A stretch of 15,804 nt of DNA, from UHGV virus genome UHGV-0041830, one strand, 5' to 3'. This document shows positions 8,477 to 15,230 of the stretch, one piece after another (the stretch's first letter is position 1; the number at the start of each line of letters is the position of its first letter). The position numbers were made by a program, and so were the translations under genes. The notes below the pieces were generated by a model that worked only from the letters and a program-made list of their open reading frames with translations, searched no databases and was not told the origin of the DNA. The DNA is from a virus.

Positions 8477-11030
8477 TCTTGTTATTGACCTGAGTCTGGA
8501 TGCTGTCCGTTTCGATGAGCAGATGAGCCGGGTAAGGCGTCATTTTTCAGGTCTGGATACCGACGCCAGAAAAACCGCCAGTGCTGTTGAACAGGGCCTG
8601 AGCCGCCAGGCGCTGGCTGCACAAAAAGCCGGGATTTCCGTCGGGCAGTATAAAGCGGCCATGCGAACCCTGCCCGCACAGTTTACGGATATCGCCACGC
8701 AGCTTGCCGGTGGTCAGAATCCCTGGTTGATCCTGCTGCAACAGGGCGGTCAGGTGAAGGACTCCTTCGGCGGGATGATCCCCATGTTCAGGGGGCTTGC
8801 CGGTGCGATCACCCTGCCGATGGTCGGGGTCACCTCGCTGGCGGTGGCGACAGGTGCGCTGGCGTACGCCTGGTACCAGGGCGACGCCACGCTTTCAGAA
8901 TTTAATAAAACGCTGGTCCTTTCCGGCAATCAGGCCGGACTGACTGCCGATCGTATGCTGACGCTCTCAAGAGCCGGGCAGGCAGCAGGGCTGACGTTTA
9001 ACCAGGCGAGAGAGTCACTGGCAGCCTTGGTGAATGCCGGTGTGCGTGGTGGTGAACAGTTTGATGCCATCAACCAGAGTGTCGCGCGTTTTGCGTCTGC
9101 ATCCGGTGTGGAGGTGGATAAAGTCGCTGAAGCCTTCGGGAAGCTGACCACTGACCCGACGTCGGGACTGATGGCGATGGCGCGCCAGTTCCGTAACGTG
9201 ACGGCAGAGCAGATTGCGTATGTTGCACAGCTGCAGCGTTCCGGAGACGAGGCCGGGGCATTGCAGGCGGCGAACGATATCGCCACGAAAGGCTTTGATG
9301 AGCAGACCCGTCGCCTGAAAGAAAACATGGGAACACTGGAGACCTGGGCGGATAAAACAGGGAAGGCATTCAAATCGATGTGGGATGCCATTCTGGATAT
9401 CGGTCGTCCGGAATCCTCAGCGGATATGCTCGCCAGTGCGCAGAAGGCATTTGATGAGGCGGATAAAAAATGGCAGTGGTACCAGAGCCGGAGCCAGCGC
9501 CGGGGAAAGACCTCCTCTTTTCGTGCGAACCTTCAGGGGGCATGGGATGACCGGGAAAATGCCCGTCTGGGTCTGGCAGCGGCCACGCTGCAGTCGGATA
9601 TGGAAAAAGCCGGTGAACTGGCGGCAAGGGACAGGGCTGAGCGTGAGTCGTCACAGCTGAAGTATACCGGAGAGGCGCAGAAGGCGTATGAGCGCCTGCA
9701 GACGCCGCTGGATAAATATACCGCCCGTCAGAAAGAGCTGAATAAGGCCCTGAAAGACGGAAAAATCCTGCAGGCGGATTACAACACGCTGATGGCGTCG
9801 GCAAAAAAGGATTATGAATCGACGCTGAAAAAGCCGTCAGGTGTGAAGGTGTCTACCGGTGAGCGCCAGGAAGACCGGGCGCATGCAGCCCTGCTGGCGC
9901 TTGAAACCGAGCTCAGGACGCTGGAAAAACACAGCGGTGTGAATGAGAAAATCAGCCAGCAGCGCCGGGATTTATGGGAAGCGGAAAGTCAGTATGTGGT
10001 CCTGAAAGAGGCCGCCACGAAACGGCAGTTATCTGAGCAGGAAAAATCCCTGCTGGCTCATGAGAAAGAGACGCTGGAGTACAAACGCCAGCTGGCTGAG
10101 CTGGGAGACAAGATTGAACACCAGAAGCGGCTGAATGAGCTGGCACAGCAGGCGGCGCGGTTTGAACAGCAGCAAAGCGCGAAGCAGGCGGCAATCAGCG
10201 CAAAAGCCCGCGGCCTCACCGACCGTCAGGCGCAGCGGGAGTCGGAAGAGCAGCGCCTTCGTGAGGTGTACGGTGATAATCCGGCTGCGCTGGCGAAGGC
10301 CACATCGGCACTGAAGAACACCTGGTCTGCGGAGGAGCAGCTTCGTGGAAGCTGGATGGCCGGGATGAAGTCCGGCTGGGGAGAGTGGGCGGAAAGTGCG
10401 ACGGACAGTTTTTCGCAGGTTAAAAGTGTGGCCACGCAGACCTTTGACGGTATTGCACAGAATATGGCGGCGATGCTGACCGGCAGCGAACAGAACTGGC
10501 GGGGATTCACCCGTTCCGTGCTGTCCATGATGACAGAAATTCTGCTTAAGCAGGCAATGGTGGGGATTGTCGGGAGTATCGGCAGCGCTATTGGCGGGGC
10601 TGTTGGTGGCGGCGCATCCGCGTCAGGCGGTACAGCCATTCAGGCCGCTGCGGCGAAATTCCATTTTGCAACCGGAGGATTTACGGGAACCGGCGGCAAA
10701 TATGAGCCAGCGGGGATTGTTCACCGTGGTGAATTTGTCTTCACAAAGGAGGCAACCAGCCGGATTGGCGTGGGGAATCTCTATCGGCTGATGCGCGGCT
10801 ATGCCACCGGTGGTTATGTCGGTACACCGGGCAGTCTGGCTGACAGCCGGTCGCAGGCGTCCGGGACGTTTGAGCAGAATAACCATGTGGTGATTAACAA
10901 CGACGGCACGAACGGGCAGATAGGTCCGGCTGCTCTGAAGGCGGTGTATGACATGGCCCGCAAGGGTGCCCGTGATGAAATCCAGGCACAGATGCGCGAT
11001 GGTGGTCTGTTCTCCGGAGGTGGACGATGA
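8457..11030 (+). CDS. H: Tail tape measure protein H
   Basis: 857 aa (lambda H 853 aa). Long near-identical runs to lambda H (PVGDLVIDLSLDA, GISVGQYKAAMR, NPWLILLQQGGQVKDSFGGMIPMFRGLAGAITLPMVG, the C-terminal glycine-rich segment GGFTGTGGKYEPAGIVHRGEFVFTKEATSRIGVGNLYRLMRGYATGGYVG). Start overlaps the T-frame end by 20 nt. Confidence 0.95.
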   Translation: MSQPVGDLVIDLSLDAVRFDEQMSRVRRHFSGLDTDARKTASAVEQGLSRQALAAQKAGISVGQYKAAMRTLPAQFTDIATQLAGGQNPWLILLQQGGQVKDSFGGMIPMFRGLAGAITLPMVGVTSLAVATGALAYAWYQGDATLSEFNKTLVLSGNQAGLTADRMLTLSRAGQAAGLTFNQARESLAALVNAGVRGGEQFDAINQSVARFASASGVEVDKVAEAFGKLTTDPTSGLMAMARQFRNVTAEQIAYVAQLQRSGDEAGALQAANDIATKGFDEQTRRLKENMGTLETWADKTGKAFKSMWDAILDIGRPESSADMLASAQKAFDEADKKWQWYQSRSQRRGKTSSFRANLQGAWDDRENARLGLAAATLQSDMEKAGELAARDRAERESSQLKYTGEAQKAYERLQTPLDKYTARQKELNKALKDGKILQADYNTLMASAKKDYESTLKKPSGVKVSTGERQEDRAHAALLALETELRTLEKHSGVNEKISQQRRDLWEAESQYVVLKEAATKRQLSEQEKSLLAHEKETLEYKRQLAELGDKIEHQKRLNELAQQAARFEQQQSAKQAAISAKARGLTDRQAQRESEEQRLREVYGDNPAALAKATSALKNTWSAEEQLRGSWMAGMKSGWGEWAESATDSFSQVKSVATQTFDGIAQNMAAMLTGSEQNWRGFTRSVLSMMTEILLKQAMVGIVGSIGSAIGGAVGGGASASGGTAIQAAAAKFHFATGGFTGTGGKYEPAGIVHRGEFVFTKEATSRIGVGNLYRLMRGYATGGYVGTPGSLADSRSQASGTFEQNNHVVINNDGTNGQIGPAALKAVYDMARKGARDEIQAQMRDGGLFSGGGR

Positions 11031-11040
11031 AAACCTTCCG

Positions 11041-11050
11041 NNNNNNNNNN
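11041..11050. other. Assembly gap (N10); flanks 10948-11040 and 11051-11143 are 93-bp near-identical copies (H 3' end and M start)
   Basis: Run of 10 n. atgacatggcccgcaagggtgcccgtgatgaaat... appears on both sides with a few substitutions. The pre-gap side already contains the H stop and an M start codon (ATG 11027). Confidence 0.95.
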
Positions 11051-11129
11051 ATGACATGGCCCGCAAGGGTGCCCGTGATGAAATTCAGACACAGATGCGT
11101 GATGGTGGACTGTTCTCCGGAGGTGGACG

Positions 11130-11459
11130 ATGAAAACCTTCCGCTGGAAAGTGAAACCCGGGATGGATGTGACATCGGCTCCTTCCGTCAGGGAGGTGCG
11201 CTTTGGTGATGGCTATTCCCAGCGTGCGCCTGCCGGGCTGAACGCTGACCTGAAAACGTACAGCGTGACGCTGTCTGTCTCCCGTGAGGAGGCCACGGCG
11301 CTGGAGTCGTTTCTGGCTGAGCACGGGGGCTGGAAGGCCTTTCTGTGGACGCCGCCTTATGGTTACAGGCAGATAAAGGTGACCTGCGCAAAATGGTCGT
11401 CGCAGGTCAGTATGTTGCGTGTTGGGTTCAGCGCAGAGTTTAAACAGGTGGTGAACTGA
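11130..11459 (+). CDS. M: Tail tip protein M
   Basis: 109 aa, same length as lambda M. Start ATGA-overlaps the (duplicated) H stop. Stop TGA overlaps the L start by 1 nt. Confidence 0.9.
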   Translation: MKTFRWKVKPGMDVTSAPSVREVRFGDGYSQRAPAGLNADLKTYSVTLSVSREEATALESFLAEHGGWKAFLWTPPYGYRQIKVTCAKWSSQVSMLRVGFSAEFKQVVN

Positions 11460-12157
11460 TGCAGGATATCCGGCAGGAAACATTGAATGAATGCACCCGT
11501 GCGGAGCAGTCGGCCAGCGTGGTGCTCTGGGAAATCGATCTGACAGAGGTCGGTGGAGAACGTTATTTTTTCTGTAATGAGCAGAACGAAAAAGGTGAGC
11601 CGGTCACCTGGCAGGGGAGGCAGTATCAGGCGTATCCCATTCAGGGGAGCGGTTTTGAACTGAATGGCAAAGGCACCAGTACGCGGCCCACGCTGGCAGT
11701 CTCTAACCTGTACGGCATGGTCACCGGTATGGTGGAAGATATGCAGAGTCTGGTCGGCGGAACGGTGGTCCGGCGTAAGGTTTACGCCCGTTTTCTGGAT
11801 GCGGTGAACTTCGTCAACGGAAACAGAGACGCCGATCCGGAGCAGGAGGTGATCAGCCGCTGGCGCATCGAGCAGTGCAGCGAACTGAGTGCGGTCAGTG
11901 CCTCCTTTGTACTGTCCACACCGACGGAAACGGATGGTGCCGTTTTTCCGGGGCGCATCATGCTGGCTAATACCTGCACCTGGACCTATCGCGGTGATGA
12001 GTGCGGTTATCACGGTCCGGCAGTCGCGGATGAATATGACCAGCCGACGTCCGATATCACGAAGGATAAATGCAGCAAATGCCTGAGCGGCTGTAAGTTT
12101 CGCAATAACGTCGGCAACTTTGGCGGCTTCCTTTCCATTAACAAACTTTCGCAGTAA
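11459..12157 (+). CDS. L: Tail tip protein L (C-terminal cysteine cluster)
   Basis: 232 aa, same length as lambda L. C-terminal cysteine cluster CTWTYRGDECGYHG...CSKCLSGC. Confidence 0.9.
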   Translation: MQDIRQETLNECTRAEQSASVVLWEIDLTEVGGERYFFCNEQNEKGEPVTWQGRQYQAYPIQGSGFELNGKGTSTRPTLAVSNLYGMVTGMVEDMQSLVGGTVVRRKVYARFLDAVNFVNGNRDADPEQEVISRWRIEQCSELSAVSASFVLSTPTETDGAVFPGRIMLANTCTWTYRGDECGYHGPAVADEYDQPTSDITKDKCSKCLSGCKFRNNVGNFGGFLSINKLSQ

Positions 12158-12161
12158 TCCC

Positions 12162-12905
12162 ATGACAGAGACAGAATCAGCGATTCTGGCGCACGCCCGG
12201 CGATGTGCGCCAGCGGAGTCGTGCGGCTTCGTGGTAAGCACGCCGGAGGGGGAAAGATATTTCCCCTGCGTGAATATCTCCGGTGAGCCGGAGGCGTATT
12301 TCCGGATGGCTCCGGAGGACTGGCTGCAGGCAGAGATGCAGGGTGAGATTGTGGCGCTGGTCCACAGTCATCCCGGTGGTCTGCCCTGGCTGAGTGAGGC
12401 CGACCGGCGGCTGCAGGTGCAGAGTGATTTGCCGTGGTGGCTGGTCTGCCGGGGGGCGATTCATAAGTTCCGCTGTGTGCCGCATCTCACCGGGCGGCGC
12501 TTTGAGTACGGGGTGACAGACTGTTACACACTGTTCCGGGATGCTTACCATCTGGCGGGGATTGAGATGCCGGATTTTCATCGCGGGGATGACTGGTGGC
12601 GTCACGGTCAGAATCTCTATCTTGACAATATGGAGGCTACTGGTTTTTACCGTGTCGCACTGACAGAGGCGCAGCCGGGCGATGTGCTGCTGTGCTGTTT
12701 TGGTTCATCGGTGCCGAATCACGCCGCCATTTACTGCGGCGACGGTGAGCTGCTGCACCATATTCCTGAACAACTGAGTAAACGAGAGAGGTATACCGAC
12801 AAATGGCAGCGACGCACACACTCCCTCTGGCGTCACCGGGAATGGCACGCATCTGCCTTTACGGGGATTTGCAACGATTTGGCCGCCGCATCGACCTTCG
12901 TGTGA
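12162..12905 (+). CDS. K: Tail tip assembly protein K, JAB/MPN (JAMM) metalloprotease-like plus NlpC/P60 domains, full-length reading
   Basis: ATG at 12162 is 4 nt after the L stop, open to TGA at 12903-12905. JAMM motif HSHPGGLPWLSEAD (12364-12403) with upstream ESCG (12206-12217). Cys in VTDCYTLF and His residues downstream fit an NlpC/P60 core. The shorter reading from the internal ATG at 12306 is about 199 aa. Confidence 0.82.
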   Translation: MTETESAILAHARRCAPAESCGFVVSTPEGERYFPCVNISGEPEAYFRMAPEDWLQAEMQGEIVALVHSHPGGLPWLSEADRRLQVQSDLPWWLVCRGAIHKFRCVPHLTGRRFEYGVTDCYTLFRDAYHLAGIEMPDFHRGDDWWRHGQNLYLDNMEATGFYRVALTEAQPGDVLLCCFGSSVPNHAAIYCGDGELLHHIPEQLSKRERYTDKWQRRTHSLWRHREWHASAFTGICNDLAAASTFV

Positions 12906-13444
12906 AAACGGGGGCTGAAGCCATCCGGGCACTGGCCACACAGCTCCCGGCGTTTCGTCAGAAACTGAGCGATGGCTGGTATCAGGTACGGATTGCCGGG
13001 CGGGATGCAGGAGAAACCGAATTATCATCCCGTCTTAATGAGCCGCTGGCAAATGGTGCCGTGATCCACATCGTGCCGCGTCTTGCGGGAGCAAAAAGTG
13101 GCGGTGTGTTTCAGGCGGTGCTGGGTGCGGCGTTGATTGCTACGGCAATCTGGATGCCGGGGATCAGTATCGCTTTCAGTGACATTCTCTTTTCAATGGG
13201 TGCGGCGATGACGCTTGGTGGTGTGGCGCAGATGCTGGCACCGAAAGCCAGAACTCCCCGTACACAGACAACGGATAACGGCAAACAGAACACCTATTTC
13301 TCCTCACTGGATAACATGGTTGCCCAGGGCAATGTCCTGCCTGTTCTGTACGGTGAAATGCGCGTGGGGTCACGTGTGGCATCTCAGGAGATCAGCACGG
13401 CAGATGAAGGGGATGGTGGTCAGGTTGTGGTAATTGGGCGGTAA
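12803..13444 (+). CDS. I: Tail tip assembly protein I (variant allele), N-terminal ubiquitin-like domain ending in Gly-Gly
   Basis: 213 aa. N- and C-terminal thirds match lambda gpI. The central segment (DAGETELSSRLNEPLANG...AVLGAALIATAIWMPGISIAFSDILFSMGAAMTLGG) differs from the second copy at 14195-14775. Overlaps K by 103 nt. An alternative start at ATG 12842 is possible. Confidence 0.85.
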   Translation: MAATHTLPLASPGMARICLYGDLQRFGRRIDLRVKTGAEAIRALATQLPAFRQKLSDGWYQVRIAGRDAGETELSSRLNEPLANGAVIHIVPRLAGAKSGGVFQAVLGAALIATAIWMPGISIAFSDILFSMGAAMTLGGVAQMLAPKARTPRTQTTDNGKQNTYFSSLDNMVAQGNVLPVLYGEMRVGSRVASQEISTADEGDGGQVVVIGR

Positions 13445-13517
13445 TATTATTTTACTCATGTTCTAACTAATTTAATATTTATATCGAACACTGATAATTA
13501 TTCTATTGGTTAGCTAT
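13445..13517 (+). promoter_or_regulatory. AT-rich putative promoter/leader of the inserted lipoprotein gene
   Basis: Extremely AT-rich 73 bp. Candidate -35 TTTAAT (13471-13476) and -10 GATAAT (13493-13498) with 16-bp spacer. Weak, unvalidated prediction. Confidence 0.3.
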
Positions 13518-13856
13518 ATGAACAAAACGATTTTATTCTGCACGATTATTGCCTTAACAGGATGTAAATCTTTGGATTACGTAAAATCCGGAAAACCTGT
13601 AATGGAAGGTAATTCATTAAAAAATATTGATGAATTGTCAGGCTGCATATCCAGACAATGGGCTGGTAATGGAACACCTATAACATCCCTTCCTATTGAG
13701 AATGGGGTAAGCCTTTTAGTTCCACAGGCTATGGGGGGATATGATGTTGTGCTTGATATCAAAAAAGCAGGAAATGGCAGTAGTTTTACTCTTTATGAAC
13801 GTGTACCAGCATTAACGCCAAAAATTTTTGCTGATAGTGTTAATGCATGTAAATAA
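13518..13856 (+). CDS. Predicted outer-membrane lipoprotein of unknown function (moron inserted between tail genes I and J)
   Basis: 112 aa. N-terminus MNKTILFCTIIALTG|CKS is a textbook signal peptidase II signal: basic n-region, hydrophobic core, lipobox L-T-G-C, and Lys (not Asp) at +2 after the lipidated Cys. Two further Cys residues. Tandem TAA TAG stops. ~36% GC against GC-rich flanks. Start could alternatively be TTG 13506. Confidence 0.75.
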   Translation: MNKTILFCTIIALTGCKSLDYVKSGKPVMEGNSLKNIDELSGCISRQWAGNGTPITSLPIENGVSLLVPQAMGGYDVVLDIKKAGNGSSFTLYERVPALTPKIFADSVNACK

Positions 13857-13880
13857 TAGTTAATCCTGTCGTAACTCATG

Positions 13881-13908
13881 AGCCGCCTTTTGGGCGGCTT
13901 TGTTGTTT
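13881..13908 (+). terminator. GC hairpin plus T-tract between the moron and J (conserved in the second I-J junction)
   Basis: AGCCGCC (13881-13887), loop TTTTG, GGCGGCT (13893-13899), then TTGTTGTTT. Lies 14 nt upstream of the J ATG. Confidence 0.45.
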
Positions 13909-13922
13909 ATGGAGTGTGAGGA

Positions 13923-14184
13923 ATGGGTAAAGGAAGCAGTAAGGGGCATACCCCGCGCGAAGCGAGGGACAACCTGAAGTCCACGCAGCTGCTGAGTGTG
14001 ATCGATGCCATCAGCGAAGGGCCGGTTGAAGGTCCGGTGGATGGATTAAAAAGCGTGCTGCTGAACAGTACGCCGGTGCTGGACAGTGAGGGGAATACCA
14101 ATATATCCGGTGTCACGGTGGTGTTCCGGGCAGGTGAGCAGGAGCAGACACCGCCGGAGGGATTTGAATCCTCCGGCTCCGAGA
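13923..14184 (+). CDS. J: Central tail fiber / tip attachment protein J, N-terminal 87 codons (copy 1, cut by N10 gap)
   Basis: MGKGSSKGHTPREARDNLKSTQLLSVIDAISEGPVEGPVDGLKSVLLNSTPVLDSEGNTNISGVTVVFRAGEQEQTPPEGFESSGSE matches the lambda J N-terminus almost exactly. GAGGA RBS. Confidence 0.92.
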
Positions 14185-14194
14185 NNNNNNNNNN
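14185..14194. other. Assembly gap (N10) joining a segment ending in J to a segment beginning inside the K/I overlap
   Basis: Run of 10 n. Post-gap sequence accttcgtgtgaaaacgggggctgaagcc... corresponds to 12894 onward, so this is not a simple overlap: the following segment is an alternative copy of the I-J locus. Confidence 0.95.
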
Positions 14195-14775
14195 ACCTTC
14201 GTGTGAAAACGGGGGCTGAAGCCATCCGCGCACTGGCCACACAGCTCCCGGTGTTTCGTCAGAAACTGAGCGACGGCTGGTATCAGGTACGGATTGCCGG
14301 GCGGGACGTCAGCACGTCCGGGTTAACGGCGCAGTTACATGAGACTCTGCCTGATGGCGCTGTGATTCATATTGTTCCCAGAGTCGCCGGGGCCAAGTCA
14401 GGTGGCGTATTCCAGATTGTCCTGGGGGCTGCCGCCATTGCCGGATCATTCTTTACCGCCGGAGCCACCCTTGCAGCATGGGGGGCAGCCATTGGGGCCG
14501 GTGGTATGACCGGCATCCTGTTTTCTCTCGGTGCCAGTATGGTGCTCGGTGGTGTGGCGCAGATGCTGGCACCGAAAGCCAGAACTCCCCGTACACAGAC
14601 AACGGATAACGGCAAACAGAACACCTATTTCTCCTCACTGGATAACATGGTTGCCCAGGGCAATGTTCTGCCGGTTCTGTACGGTGAAATGCGCGTGGGG
14701 TCACGCGTGGTTTCTCAGGAGATCAGCACGGCAGACGAAGGGGATGGTGGTCAGGTTGTGGTGATTGGTCGCTGA
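14195..14775 (+). CDS. I: Tail tip assembly protein I (lambda-like allele), 5'-truncated by gap
   Basis: Codon boundary at 14197, stop TGA 14773-14775. Central segment DVSTSGLTAQLHETLPDGAVIHIVPRVAGAKSGGVFQIVLGAAAIAGSFFTAGATLAAWGAAIGAGGMTGILFSLGASMVLGG matches lambda gpI as I recall it. Confidence 0.88.
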
Positions 14776-14793
14776 TGCAAAATGTTTTATGTG

Positions 14794-14820
14794 AAACCGC
14801 CTCCGGGCGGTTTTATCGTT
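14794..14820 (+). terminator. GC hairpin plus T-tract upstream of J (second copy)
   Basis: AAACCGCC (14794-14801), loop TCCG, GGCGGTTT (14806-14813), perfect 8-bp stem followed by TATCGTTT. Same position relative to the J start as 13881-13908. Confidence 0.45.
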
Positions 14821-14835
14821 TATGGAGCATGAGGA

Positions 14836-15220
14836 ATGGGTAAAGGCAGCAGTAAGGGGCATACCCCGCGCGAAGCGAAGGACAACCTGAAATCATCCCA
14901 GATGCTGAGCGTGATAGACGCCATCAGCGAAGGGCCGGTTGAAGGTCCGGTGGATGGATTAAAAAGCGTGCTGCTGAACAGTACGCCGGTGCTGGACAGT
15001 GAGGGGAATACCAATATATTCGGCGTCACGGTGGTGTTCCGGGCCGGTGAGCAGGAGCAGACTCCGCCGGAGGGATTTGAATCCTCCGGCTCCGAGACGG
15101 TGCTGGGTACGGAAGTGAAATATGACACGCCGATCACCCGGACCATCACGTCGGCAAACATCGACCGTCTGCGCTTTACCTTCGGTGTGCAGGCACTGGT
15201 GGAAACCACCTCAAAGGGGG
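14836..15220 (+). CDS. J: Tail tip attachment protein J, N-terminal part (copy 2, pre-gap)
   Basis: Near-identical to 13923-14184 and to the lambda J N-terminus. Continues ...TVLGTEVKYDTPITRTITSANIDRLRFTFGVQALVETTSKG. Confidence 0.92.
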
Positions 15221-15230
15221 NNNNNNNNNN
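15221..15230. other. Assembly gap (N10); flanks 15128-15220 and 15231-15323 are 93-bp near-identical copies within J
   Basis: Run of 10 n. cgccgatcacccggaccatcacgtcggcaaacat... is present on both sides with substitutions. Confidence 0.95.

Noticed and set aside
10948-11209. Short ORFs at 10948-11133 and 11027-11209 spanning the third gap
   Set aside because: They are the duplicated H 3' end and M 5' end from overlapping contig ends, not separate genes.
11363-12241. 292-aa minus-strand ORF antisense to L and the K start
   Set aside because: Same reasoning: antisense to conserved tail genes, Arg/His-rich translation with no domain signature.
13506-13517. TTG start at 13506 for the lipoprotein ORF (MVSYMNKT...)
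   Set aside because: It would place four extra residues before the n-region of the signal peptide. ATG 13518 gives a canonical signal-peptide N-terminus. Neither has a strong RBS, so this stays a low-confidence choice.
14086-14775. 229-aa ORF in the track beginning inside J copy 1 and reading across the N10 gap into I
   Set aside because: It is an artefact of translating through the gap. The real I coding sequence on this segment begins after the gap at 14195 and is 5'-truncated.
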